From assembly GCA_030704615.1 (NCBI GenBank), contig CM060733.1, positions 42,408,001 to 42,472,000 of the forward strand: a stretch of DNA of 64,000 nt, given 5' to 3'. Every line of letters begins with the position of its first letter. The stretch's first letter is position 1. The translations under genes and the position numbers were made by a program. The notes below the pieces were generated by a model. It was given only the letters and a program-made list of their open reading frames with translations. It did no database searches and was not told where the DNA came from. The stretch comes from Takakia lepidozioides. Its lineage: Eukaryota; Plantae; Bryophyta. Below, one piece after another: positions 46,663 through 60,427 of this stretch.

Positions 46663-47226
46663 CGCACCCCACGCCATGGGGAATCCACACTACGGCGCCA
46701 TAGCTAGGCGCGGTGAGGCTCAACTCGAGAAAGATGAGCCTCCCGCGCTTGTCGTGAAGATAACCACTCCAGGGCCTAAATCTACCTTGACCCCTGGATT
46801 GACACTTGGGCCAATCCCAAATGTCAATATGTAAAAGCTAGCTATTTCCTAGCTAGTTTCACACTAGTGGTAAAATAACTTGACAATGTTGATGTAAGAT
46901 TCTTACGTCAAGCCTGTAGTGTATGGGGAGCCATCACTGAGCAGTAGCTACTTCAGTTGTGGGAAACCATGAACATTGCAGTCCACTTATGGTTACATGA
47001 TTCTTTCATTGAATTTATGCACTTGTCAGCAAATACATAGTTGTTTTTCTTGGAGTGAATAACTTTTACAAGACGAACAACCAATGGACAAATGAAGTCA
47101 TTTGTTTGGTGTAAACTTGGGTTTTTAAGTCTACGTTACAGCCTTGGAGCAGTGAGGATGATGATTTGTCTCTTCACTACATCTCAGTTTATGGCTGCAT
47201 ACTGATTGACTGTAGGGGTGCTGCAG

Positions 47227-50200
47227 CCTGCTAAGAGGACAACATAATTCAAGCCTGGGAGCAGACCCAGTCTTCTCTCCTGTGGAGAGGGAGCTTGTTT
47301 TTGACATTGTGAGTTTTTGGCCCTGATCTGAAAGTTCTATGTGCATGTGACACAAATATATCAACCAAAAAACCATATGAAAAGACTGAAACTGTTGCCC
47401 ATGAGAGAGATTGTACTCATAAGACGTTGTTTGCCTTGGCCCATGAGAGAGAGAGAGCCCATGGAATAAAATATGATAGAAAAATTAAAGCACAAATCCG
47501 GGACATCGGCTTTGTGATGCAACCCCAATCAGTGGGATGCCCCCGCCCTTTCAAGGAAATAAAGCAGAAGAATGAAGCTGCGTGTCTAAGAGGCATGTTG
47601 TCTTAAAGCTGTGCTGAAGGGGTCGTAGTTCTGGCAGGATATGACAGACTATGATGACATTTGCCATTGTTGCAGCGGGGCAGATGTATGTCTGCAGAGG
47701 TCTAATCTTTTATCCCCTCTTAGTTTACACTTGTCAAGATCCCACAAGGTCTTATAATAGATTGTGCTCTGGCGCATTGACTTGTCACTCTTTCATTGAA
47801 TGTACATGTATGCAGGTACATGCTATTCGCATGCTATCGTAGCTGATGATGTTATGCAATCAATACTTTTCGACGAGGAACGGTCCTTTTTCCCATACAC
47901 ATAGTTTTTTGGAGGTTCTGATACGGGATGATTCTGGTTGAGCTTGTAATTGTGGCTGAGGCATGCATGTGATTAAAAGTTTCACACTGAAACTTGTTCC
48001 TGGCCCTCTGGAGGATCCAAATAGCACACTTCTCCTTAAGCCCTTGTGTCTTGAAGCTGCAACTAAGCTTCTCATGGCTGCACATATGAGGAATGGCTTC
48101 AATATGCTTTTGTTCATTTGTTCTTGCAGAGGACTTTGGATTTGAGCACGTACTATGGGTTTATAGGGGTCGACATGGTGTCCATTGTTGGGTTTGTGAT
48201 CCAAAAGCACGCAAGTGTCTACTCAACTTCTTTTAGTCACCGTTGTCTTGGCTGTCATTTGTGGTCAGGGCTGCACATGATGCATAGCTATATGGAAGAA
48301 TTTCTCATAGACTTGTTGGTGAGCAGGGTCCTCATAGTACACACCTACTCTCCCCTTGATGGGTTATCTCTGTGACTGGAAATGATGGGATGTCGGTGGG
48401 GAGCTTGCTTTGGGTGGACCCCACCCCATTATCTGAACAGGTCTAGAAACTGTGGTCATATCAGCAATTGTAGTATAGATTTCAAATTTGTGAAGAAAAC
48501 TTCAGTGGAAGGAACCATGATTGTTAAGTGCAGAAATTTTCAGAATATGTACGACCATTCACTTCAACCTTGCTCATTACAGACGAATTTCTTTGCTTGG
48601 ACTAAAGCAGCAGCATGGAAGGGCAAGAAGTTTTCTTGACCCCTTCTGGAAAGATAAATGATACAATATATGGACTACATAAATACAATATGTTTAGCTC
48701 AAAAGCATCTCCTATGCTTTGCTTTGTGCAGACTGACCAGTGATCAGAGGACTTCCATCGCTGATTATTTCCGTCTCTACAAGGTTCACTCCTCATAAAC
48801 CATCTGTAGCAATCAGATGAATATAATACCAGTTCGGGAAGGGGGCACAAAAGTGATGGTAGTCACACCTATATTTTTCAATCCTTCCTTCTGCTCCTGG
48901 AAAACTGCAAACACTCATTTATGTGAGGGTGGCAAGAAAAGAGATGAAAGTAGGCGCAAGGCCTTTGCAACCTGTAGCATATAGATGCTCTTGGGTGGCT
49001 TAAATCTACATTTGAGATCACGAGGCTTTTCTATAACTGCCAGTTGTTTGGGTGTTGCTGTGAGACTCTTTAGGCACCTTTGCTGAGAATCAAGCATGGT
49101 CTGTGTTTGAAATATCCGATGAACAAACATTGAGAAGGCTAATGGGAAGGCTGGTTGAGACAGGATAACGAGAATAACATGAAAAAAGATATCCCTCACT
49201 GGAGCAGCTCTTCACCCCGCATTCATGTACGTAACTCAGCCTTGTCGTGCTCTTTGCACCATGCCTATCTTCTCCAGCTGTCTGGAATGTGATGTTTTGT
49301 ATGTTGTTTATATATCTCTAATTGCCTCTCCAGTGTTACTAGGCTCTGATATAATTGATATATGTTTTGTATCTATATGAGATTGCAAAAGTATGACGTT
49401 CAAATAGTGTAATGTGGCCCTCATTTTCGGTGCCTCTATTGCATGTTGTTTGTACCCTTCTTGCTTTTCTCTAGTCACCCCTCTCAATCTTCACAGGAGA
49501 GGAGATGAAGATGACATTTGCATGGCTGGTCCTCCACCTCCATCTACTTATCTAGCTTATCAATCTCTCACGGACCAATCCATGCCCTCTATTTAAACAA
49601 AGTGTGAGGCTAATGTCCAAAGACTCCACTTGTGTTTGCAGGCGAGCATATGCAGAAGTGCTCAAGATGTTCTCCGAGGAGAAGATACTGTTAGATCAAA
49701 GCTTGTTAAATCCAGAGGATCACTACGAGAAAGTACTGGAGCTAGTCCGGACGAATGTATCCATTTAAACTTGCCTTGCTTACACTATGGTTCATGTTGA
49801 TTCAGTCAGCTCAAAAGATTTTGGGTAGGAAATACATAGAACTATGAAAAGGTACTGAAATGTATAGCAAACAAAAATCTTAACTCTTGACTAACAAGTT
49901 TAGGGAAACATGAAGAGTCGTGTAATATGTTTCCAGTTCTGTTGAGAGGTTGCGAGTTATCTATTCTAGGAAATTTTAGGGAAGAGTTCTTGAGCAATGC
50001 AAGCATTTATGTGGGGCAGTAGATGTGCCTTGGACTTCTCATCATTGCGTGCCCTGTGTTGAAAGGTGTTGGATTAGCTTTTGAAATAAATTACACTTGC
50101 AATTGTGAAGCTGTTAGGGCCCAGATGCGCGACAGGTGGCAGGAAAGCAGGCGCAAATCAGCTGCCAAAGAAGAAATCAATGTGACCCGATGGAGGCAAC

Positions 50201-51111
50201 TAAAACAGAACTTGGAGTCTAAGCAAGAGGTAGACTTTCCCATTTCACATCTGAGTTGGATGTGTCTCAGAGTCAAGCTACCTTCCCTTAAAACAATGTG
50301 CACAGAGACTAGTTCAGACGTCCGAAATCTTCTTGCATGAAGGGGGTGTCTCATGAAACATAATCTGAATTATGCTCTTGGACAATGCTGGGTGTATAGC
50401 ACAGGCCAGCCTTGAGACGATGTGTGGAGGAGATTGTGTTCTCCTATACTTACCCCAGACTGGACTTGGAGGTATATTCTTAAAGGCTGTTAGTATTAAC
50501 AAAAGAACACTCCAGTGTGCTTTCATCTTATATCTTGGCTCCTGGTGTAATGTACAGGCCCCAATTTTGAATTGCTAAAATGAACAGATGATGGACTGCC
50601 TTTGAACACAAGAGCTGTTTTCAATCAGAATGCATATTTTTTCATGGTAATAGAGACTCCCAAGTATGTAAGGAGGTTGGAATTGCGGCATTGGCTTTGC
50701 TCTTCCAAGTGACGAATCACATGAATCACTTGCTTAAGGTGCCCTTCTGTGTGCATCCAAAAACTGGTAAGACTAAAACATAAGAGTACGTCTATGCAGC
50801 AACATGGCTCTCCTATGTACATGCACAACATGTAACTTAAAGCCGGTGTTGGATCCTGCACGTCGTGTGTGCCTGCCTATCGATCCACAAAACTGTGAAA
50901 GCTTTGACCCTACAATTGTGCCCACCGTATCTCAGGTACAAAACAGAAAATATCAGTGCCTTCTGTATTCATTGATATTGTATTGCCTCACTTCCAATTG
51001 TCTACTAACAGTGGTCTTGTGTAGGACTAGTTGGCCAGTCTCAGATAGGTTTACATGAGGTAGTGACTGGCGATTGCATTGTGTGCATAGCTTCTGAATG
51101 AACTCAATGAG
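47227..51111 (+). pseudogene. PRI1: DNA primase small (catalytic) subunit pseudogene, about 10 exons
   Basis: Exons: VERELVFDI (to 47308), DMTDYDD..CCSGADVC (from 47638), [24 protein letters not shown] (from 48130), SIADYFRLYK, LHPAF, RAYAEVLK, RWQES..RWRQLK, CVEEIVFSYTYPRLDLE, NHLLKVPFCVHPKTG, RVCLPIDP, LLNELNE. Frameshift/stop in the first exon, SGRRG altered to RGRHG, broken acceptor near 50860. Confidence 0.85.
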
Positions 51112-51362
51112 GGTGAGGCCCTGCTTGCAGGCAATGGCTCCGGGGAAAAGAGGTATCGGCCTATTCACTAGGTTTGACTGCAATAGATCGTCCTTTGTCT
51201 TTGTTGGCTAATGGGTATTTGTGGATCTTCATATGACGTTTGATGACTCCTTCAATTTTCTCAACAGCGTCAGATACACTCGTTACATCATTTTGTTTTC
51301 AAAGGTACTGTGTGTTCCAAGTTTGTTGGCAAATTTGATAACTGTATCCTGGGTTTACATCC

Positions 51363-52075
51363 TGGTTACATGGGTGTGCCCGCCAAAAATGACCCTTTTT
51401 TTTTTTCGTGTTTTGAGGTGACCTACCCCCCCATTTATGATGATTGTGATTCTAGGGATGTCTTAAAATTTCCCTAATCCCTCGTCATTTGGGAGATATG
51501 ACACGTTGGACTTTTGACTTTTTGGGTTGACTTTCGACTATATATAGTTTTTTTTGAAATTTGAAATGGCCAATGTGTTTGTTTAGGCTAGTAGTATTAC
51601 AATGGTGGTGTTAGTTTGGTAAAAATGTTAAGTAGTTGATAGATATGGACGATTGAAGGCGAAACCCTAAAATGGAGTTTGTGGCTAAATTTAGTGTTTG
51701 TTGATAGTTTTGATTTGACCTTACCCCCCATTTGTAAGTATAGAGAATCTAGGAATGTAAAAACATTTCCCTAACGATGCTTTATTTAGGAGATATGGAG
51801 TGTTTGACTTTTGGTTGACTTTTTCAAATTTGGCATAAATTAAGATTTTTTTTGAATTTTTGGGTTACATGGGTGTCCCCGCCAAAAATGACCTTTTTTT
51901 TTTTTTCGTGTTTTGAGGTGACCTACCCCCCCCCCCCCCCCCCATTTATGATGATTGTGGTTCTAGGGATGTCTTAAAATTTCCCTAATCCCTTGTCATT
52001 TGGGAGATATGACACATTGGACTTTTGACTTTTTGGGTTGACTTTTGACTATATATAGTTTTTGTGAAATTTGCC
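51363..52075. repeat. About 200-bp direct repeat (51363-51563 and 51862-52073), probably DNA-transposon subterminal sequence
   Basis: GGTTACATGGGTGT.CCCGCCAAAAATGACC... occurs twice. Confidence 0.65.
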
Positions 52076-52920
52076 GCAACTTGCCCCTTACTACGCAGAT
52101 AGCATATAAGCAGCTACAAGCGCAATTCGCCACCTAACACAAACTAGAATCTAGAATACCTGAAATTGCTCCCGCTTCTTGTAAACTCTGCAGTCACTCC
52201 ACACCACGCGCCACAACCTCCCGCTCCAATGATTATTAAACCGCAGCAGAAAAGTGCAGAAGTGAGTAAGCGAGCCAAAAAGAGACTGCAGATATGATAA
52301 ACGGTGGTATGCGCAGAATGCAAGAGAAAAACCCCCTAATTACAGGAGTTCTCATCCGTCCGATCAGGACAATCTGACGGCCAGCATCTCCACGACCAAC
52401 TCTGAATTGCACTCTGAAGGTCATCCAAAAATGAAGTTACAGGCCATACATACAGCCAACATTCCAGAGGACACCCATCGGGGTTGTTAGGACATGAGTT
52501 TGACATAATCAGGACATGACTGAGCATTTTCTTGACACCAAGAGAGATGTGCCTCGTTTGGTTACTTATGTTAATTGGAAGCCTATGATTGAGTCGTATG
52601 TGCTTTTGTTGTCACGGCTCTAAGTGAATGGTGCCCATTTACTAAAGAGACACAAACTTAAAAATAATTGCACTACGTGCTCCAAACATTAGATAGATCC
52701 AAGTTGAAAAAGAAAATTACATAATAAGGTGTAAGTAAAAAGAAAGTCCTAAGCCCATGCCAGTACAACCCATTAGTACTCCATCTATCCCAGACTGCAA
52801 TCTAAAATGATTCACATGCCCCCACACTTCATCACAATGAACTCTCTTTACTTCAGAGCCAAAAACTAGAACAAAAGAAGAGAGATGACCATCCAGTCTC
52901 CACTAATCTTATACTTGGGC

Positions 52921-54860
52921 TGATCCCTAACTCCACCTTATCCCGCCGCCTCCTTCACGTGATTATTTAGTAGCAAGCCAACAATATTTAAGATCCTACA
53001 GCTTTTGGACATCAAGTATGGCGGCCACCGGGTCTTATCCCCTCTGTGCCACAGGCCCATCAACTTCTAAAAATATACTATACCTACGTGTTTTGTTTCT
53101 CAACCACCCTTTTAGCTGCATGCCACTTGCTAATATTTAATGTGGCCACTCTGTCCATTAAATCACCGCTGAGTCCCTTGTCTTATTTCAGCAGTATCAT
53201 CCCATGTGATGAAGAATCAACTTTCTCATTAGTGTTTTCATCGCCCTGTCATCCTGCTAGCTCGTCATCCATCCACTAATGCCAATTAGTGATCTCATCC
53301 CTGTTTGCCATCCAATTTTCCCACCGTTCATCCACTGATGAAAATTTATCAATTTCATCTTGTTAACTCCAATGATAAAGCGCGATTTCATCTCCCAGCA
53401 CCCCATAACCCTAGCATCCTTTGTCTGTTTCTTGCATGCCTTCCGTGTTTCCCTCATTACCTCCCTTCGACCTACAGGTGTAAGTCCTCCGATTTTAAGC
53501 TGTCTGGCCCTCCGGACAACGCTCACTCCACCTGCAGCAACTTTAAATCACGTCGTGATCTGCTCCATTGTTTCCCTCCACCGTCCTGCAATACACAAAC
53601 TCGATCTGCCTCACTCCTTGTTCCTTCTTGGTGTTTGTCAACATAGGCTTGAAATTTGTATGGTCCCTCCCACGATGATTCCAAATTTCGCTTCTTCCCT
53701 GGTCGGATCATCATCACGAGCTTGCCATGCTGCAATTCTATAAGTCCCTTCTCATATCTATGTCGTTGCTTGTATGCTTTCTGTTGTGCTCCCTGTGCAG
53801 CAGTCACACTGTCCCTTAATGCACCCTCTAGCTCATGTATTATTTGTATCTTTCCTTCGATCATCTGTTGCATTGATGCCTGATCGTCGTTGAGCTCCAC
53901 CAACTCGCCAATGCGTCGAAGTCGATTGTCGATCCCCAACCTCATCGTTCTTCCCGTGAGCACCATGTATGGTGAGAGACCTGTGGATGCTTGAATTCCC
54001 ACATACCCAAAAGCTGCCTTGTAGAGTGCTCTATCCTATTTTTTGTTACCTTGTGTACTTAGAGCTAACATGCTTTCTTTGAGAGAACGAATTAACCGCT
54101 CCACCATCCCATTGCATTGCGGCCAAGGGCGCTGACCTTTCGTGCTTGACTCCAAACTTTGTGCATGTGATTTCGAACTCCTTCGCCCACTCGGATCCAT
54201 GATCAGTAAGCACCGCATGCGGCACTCCATACTTGTACATTACTTGTTCTTCAAAGAAACGACTGGCCAGCTCTGAGGTATGTTCAACAACTGCAGCTAC
54301 TTCAATCCACTTTGAAAAGTGATCTATTGCAATCAAAGCATATTTGTTGCCGTCACTCGAGACTAGCAGTGGCCCTGCTGTGTCTAACGCGATTCGATAG
54401 AAGATGTCCCTGACAGGTATGCTTTGTAGTTCCTTGGCTCTTGACCTCAAAGGAATAGAAGTCTTGGCAATTTGACACTGCAAACATGTCTTGAGTACTT
54501 GTTTGATGATCCTTGTGCGATTGTGCCAAAAAAAATGCTTGCACACCTCGTTGTGTACTTTTAATGCCATAATGTCCAATTTCCTCGTGGATGTCTCAAT
54601 AATCCGCTCCGGCTCCTTCTTCTCTGGTACCCATTTGCCTTTGAAGGTGAGCCTCCCTTTCACCAATTGATATTCTGCTGTCCTTTTCTTGATTCGTTTG
54701 ATCTCCCTGTTGTCAAGGTAGTCATTTGTCTGTCCAAAGGTAATCATGTGCATAGCCTGCACATCATCCAATATGTCTGCATTGTTTTCTTCCTTTCTTT
54801 CTTCGGTATTTTCACACTCCCATTGGTCTTGCTCTGCTGCTTGTAAAGAGGTTAGCTATT
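52921..54860 (-). mobile_element. Ty3/Gypsy remnant: probable 3' LTR (52921-53456) and integrase
   Basis: Near-identical to 19529-21470. Confidence 0.85.
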
Positions 54861-55306
54861 TCATGAGCATGAGCGGTATGAGTGGCATGAGCAGAAGTAC
54901 AAATTTTGGAAATAAAAAACATTAAAAACATTAAAAAATTGTTTTAATGGAATGTGTCAGAAAAAAACAAAAAAGCCAATATAATATTCATTGTTTGAAG
55001 TAGAAATTGTAGTTTTGAGAGCAGTGCTCATGATATTTCGTCTTCCGCTCATGCGAATTCCGAGCAACATCTGAAAAATGGCGCCGAATTTCGCGGTAAT
55101 AGGTTCCGCAAGCGGAGAAATCGGCGACGTATTGCGCGGTAATAGGTGTCTCCGGCAAAAAATGGTGCCGAATTTTGCGGTTATAGGTCCCAACTTGATT
55201 GAAGTGTAAGCCCAAAATTTGAAAATGTGGCGCTGAATTTCGGTACATGGTGTCGGGCATTGCACAAATGTTGGGCAGTTCTGGGCCATGTAACTAGAAA
55301 TTCGGC

Positions 55307-58300
55307 GATCAACACATGATCACAGCATCTCTTTCAGATCCACCATCTCAAACCTCTTTGAGATATCACTTTGTCTTTTCGACAAAGACTGATCATTAAT
55401 ACATGATCACATGGTCTCTTTTAGATCCACCATCTCAAACTTCATTGAGATATCGCTTTGTCTTTTTCAACAAAGCCTGATCAACACATGATCACAAGAT
55501 CTCTTTCAGATCCACCATCTCAAACCTCTTTGAGATATCACTTTGTCATTTCAACAAAGACTGATCATTAACACATGATCACATGATCTTTTTCAGATCC
55601 ACCATTTCAAACCTCTTTGAGATATCACTTTGTCTTTGTTTCAACAAAGTCAATTTGTCACAACCACTATCTCAATCTCATTTGAGATATTGACACTTTG
55701 TATGTGTTTCAACAGAGTCAAGTCATTAGAGACCAAAATCAGATCATCAACGTACAATGTTATGATCACAAAAGAGTTTCCATGAGCCCTCTTATATAGT
55801 AAACACTATAATCAGCAGAGCTCCTCTCAAACTCTTCATCCATGAAATATGCATCAATCTTAGCATTCCATGCCCTAGGGGATTGCTTCAAACCATACAA
55901 GGACTTGAGGAGCTTACACACCATCATTTCCTTCCTTTTTACAGCAAATCCCTCGAGCTAGTCCATGTATATTTCTTCCATAAGATCTCCATTGAGAAAG
56001 GCTGTACATACATCCATCTGATGTACCTCAAGATTTTCAACAGCAGCAAACGCTAGAATCACTCGAATTGACTCCATCCGTGCAACAGGGGAGAAGGTTT
56101 AATTGTAATCAATACCTTCAATTTGCGAAAAACCCCTTTGCAACCAAGCGCGCTTTGTACCTTGCTACAGAACCCTCTGCATTGTACTTAATCTTGAAAA
56201 TCCATTTGCAGCCAACAGACTGCCGTCCAGATGGAAGTTGAACAAGACTCCAAGTCTTATTATCCTGAAGAGACTTAAACTCAGATGCCATAGCTTTCTT
56301 CCAGTGTGAAGAGTTCACACTCCTCATTGCATCTGACACACTTTGAGGTTCATCACTGTCAACGAAATAGGCAGAATATACCTTTGAGGGTTTTTCAATC
56401 ACAGTAGATTGTACCTCCTCCATTTGAACCTCAACTATCTCTTCAACAATCTTCTCTTCCATTTTATCTTCATGTGTTAGAGCCAAGTTCTTTTTTTCAT
56501 GGTCCAAAATTTGAACTACTGTTTCCTGATGAAAGTTCCTGGACTCATTGAATATCACAGCACGACTAATGATCACATACTTGCTCTCAGGGTTATACAA
56601 CTTATACCCTTTGGTTTCTTCACAATAACCAATGAAGATACACTTGATTGCTTTTGCATCCAATTTCTTCCTTACTTCTTTTTGAACATGGGCAAATGCA
56701 ACACACCCAAAGATGCGTAAATGATCAACTGAAGGTTTCTCACCCTTCCAAACCTCTTCAGGTGTCTTTGTAGAGATTTCCTTAGTAGGAAGTCGATTCT
56801 GGAGGTATGTTGCAGTTGCCACTACTTCTGCCCAGAAACGGTGGTCCAACCTCATGTGTTGCAACATATACCTCACACTCTCAACAAGCGTTTGATTTTT
56901 TCTCTCTACAACTCCATTCTGTTCTGGCGTATATGGTGTGGTTGATTGTTTCACAATATCATTCTCCCTACAGAACTGGTTAAAATTCTTTGTACTCACC
57001 ACCACCATCACACCGAAGAGATTTGATCTTTTCTCCAGTTTGATTCTCCACCAAAGCTTTGAATGCCTTGAACCTATCAAGAACTCCAAACTTGTTTTGC
57101 ATCGTGGAGAGAAATATTTTCCTGGAAAAATCATCAATGAAGGTCAAGAAATACTTTGCACCTCCATGAGATTCAGTTGACATAGGACCACATAGATCTG
57201 TATGAACTAGCTCAAGAACCTTATTTGTTCGAGAACCTCTATCATTTGGAAATGGGTTGCAATGGTGTTTATCGTACACATATCCGTCACAAAAACTCAA
57301 GATCCGATCTCCTGTAAGATCCATGCCTTTAACCAGATTGTTAGCGGACATGCATGCCAAACTTTGCATTGAGACATGTCCAAGTCTCTAATGCCAGAGG
57401 TCACTCTGCTTGAGCGTAGTAGTACACTTCGCATGTAAAGCTTGGACAACCCCCACTGGCTTGTACAATCTTGCATCTTTCACTGCCTCAGCTATTACTT
57501 CACTGTCAAACTTCACCCAACAATGATTGGTAGAAAATTCAACCGTAAGACCTTGCTCAGTTAGCTGACTAACTGACAATAGGTTCTTTGTCAATCCAGG
57601 AACAATGAGAACTCATCCGATCTCCTTCGACACTCCAGATGATAATTGAAACATAACAATACATTTTCCATGGATATCAAGACTAGTACTGTTGTCTCCA
57701 AGATACACCTTGTGTCCCACAGAGAGTTCTTTGAAGGTTGAGAATGCTTCCTTCTAGAACGTCATGTGTTGAGATGCCCTTGAATCAATGAACCATGTAT
57801 CTCTACAACTCCTTTCTTTGCAAAAAGTTGTTGCTCAAGAGTCAACCCTGCGGCTATGATCTCTCCATCTTCAAGCTGTAGTTGAACTGGTGCAACCGCT
57901 TCTCCTTATGTGATCTCCCACAGATCTTTCTCATGAAAAATGAACTCCATCTTAATCTTCCATGTATGAAAATTGTGACTATCTAACTTCTCCACTCGGG
58001 TATGATCAGCAGAAGGTGCCATGATGCTAGTTTGATGTTTTGCCAACTATAAAACACCCTCAAACTTTCAGATCTAACTCCAAGCACTCAAGCTTTCAGA
58101 TCTAAACCCAAGCACTCAAGCCTATTGGTTGTAAATCAAATACTCATCTCTTTCTATCTCTCAAACAGAACCTTGCTCTGATACCATGTTGGAATTTGAC
58201 ATAGAATATAAAAGATGAACTGATTACTGAAAACTCTTCACCCAACCATAGGACCACAACAAGTTGTGTCCACCTTCCGAGCTCTCCCTATTTATACTCA

Positions 58301-58553
58301 AAGTCTAATCCAGAAATAGCTGAGATAACTATAGCATAACTTCATGCTTTTACTTAAGTTATCTCCACCTGTTATTAGATGGTACAATGACTTGAGTCAC
58401 TAATAACTGAAGCTAACTTTAGCTATCTTTTAGCTAACCGAGGCTTATCTCTATTGTTAATTGTGACTTGTCAGCACTCTTATTATGGAAGCCTGACTTG
58501 TCATCACAGTGACTCTAGGTAGTAGTAACTTGGTCAGGAGTTCATTTCCAACA
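55307..58553 (-). mobile_element. Degraded Ty1/Copia element: 5' LTR 58187-58553, iMet PBS 58175-58186, PR/INT/RT remnants
   Basis: TGTTGGAA...TTCCAACA termini, TGGTATCAGAGC, WFIDS, LVHTDLCGP, RCDGGGEY, TPEQNGVVER, YKARLVAKGF. Confidence 0.9.
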
Positions 58554-60427
58554 GTATTGTTATCCAAAGTGCAAGCGTAACTTATGGTGTCACTTGACCC
58601 CATATGGCTACTATTGTTATCCATCCATCCATCAAAGCCCTTGCGGAGGAGGAAAGTTTATCCTCAGTTTCATATATCACAAGAGGAACCGTCACCCCAG
58701 ACCGACAAACAAACCATACACACAGGCCATAGCAGGAATTGAACCCCGAACCTGCACTTATCCAAGAGATAAGAGAAATTTAGGTTTAGGAAACCAGAGA
58801 CCTCGTGGCTGTGCGCTCTCTTTCTCGGGTTAGCTTCTCTGCGGGGCTCCAAGGCGACCACATTACGAGCACAAGACTGAGGCACTGTGGAGTAATAGCT
58901 ATAAGAAATTTGAACGTTAGATGGTCAATTGGAAGCAGCAGCAGCAGCAGCACGGCTGATAAAATTAGGCACTTCCACCATGGGTACCACTTCCGAACAA
59001 GGAGCAAGAGAGGGAGTCTACAAGATCTTTGGCACTTACTGGCATGTTTGGAAAGTATGCGAGGGAGAAAAGGTCTGTTGTTGTTCTGAATGGTGAATAG
59101 AAGAAATTTCAGTTCAGTAGTTCCTAACTATTGGTGTCTTGAGCTCTGTGGATTTTCTTAGCATAGCAATGGCACTCAACGATGGTTGTCTATACGGGCT
59201 TTCCGTCCATGCCATTGTCCCCCAAAAAAGCTAGAGAGTGACGCTCTTTATGACCATGAGGTACATAGTTGCTGCATCTTTGTTCACCAAATTGCAATAT
59301 CTTGAGGCTGAACATAAAGCCTAGGTCCTGCTGGGGTCTAATTGCTAGGAAGCTCGCACACAGCAGATTGATGTTTGCGTGAAGAGCTTGCTGGAGGAAA
59401 TATGGAAAACCTGAATTAATTATTTATATGAAGGTAAGTCCCACTTTTGGACTTAAATATCAGTAGTACCAAGACTGCCTTCCCCCCACCTATGTCACAA
59501 ACTGGAAACGAGTTCAGGGTTTTATGCCTAACTTTTGTTCGGACATTCTGCACGACTCCAACATGATTGAACTGACCCCATCATTTGACCTTAAACTCTG
59601 CTACTGGCCTGGCTAACAAGGCTTGCCTTAGTTCCTGGCCAAGGGCTCCATTTTCCTTCTTGCTCCGTTCCACCAGCTCTTTTATTTCTCTTTCAGAATT
59701 CATCTTCTCAAATTGAAGCTCTGACTGCAGGTATCATTGCATTGTGTAATTATAGATTGCATCAGATTTTGCACTAGTAATGTCACCTCACTGTCAGATG
59801 AACTGTCTTTCACAGAGGGAAGTGCTATTTTGTGATGAGGTTATGGGTTAGACATACAACATGTACTTGAACTTAGAACATAAACGTTGGCTATTACAGT
59901 GCAGTATGCAGGCCAGACAACTCTTAGTTTGTTCTTTGTAGTTTGTTGACTTGACTTGAGCTTTTTCGGTGTCTATCTTTTCTTTAGCCCCACAACTCGA
60001 GGTCGTGTGTAATTGGAATGTTTTTAGAGAGGTCTGTCGGGTAGCTCCTCACTCTGCCTATTTGTTAGGAACCCTTGCAACTATTTGTGAGGGGATGATA
60101 GAGACGCAAACGTAGTCTTCATGATGGACTTTGCCAATGGTGTGTTTCCTTGCAATGATGCAGGAGTATAGATGGAAGTTAAGAGCAGATGGAGCCTGGG
60201 CTGCATGTTGAAGATACAGAGAGCTCTCGCATTTCCCCATTGCTAGGGTTTGGGTTTGTTCTTCTCTTTATCTCCTGTGGTGCTGATGTGATCATTCTGT
60301 GTCATCAATGTTACTATCCCCAGCTCGACCAACAGACAATTGCTTTGCAATATGGTCGGTCCAGTGGCTTGAAATACTGTAAGTGCTGTGGCAAGGGAGA
60401 AATTTGCAGAGGCTGAGATTTTTTCTC

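Noticed and set aside
58554-60427. Possible host gene exons
   Set aside because: Only short ORFs with no motif I can recognise.
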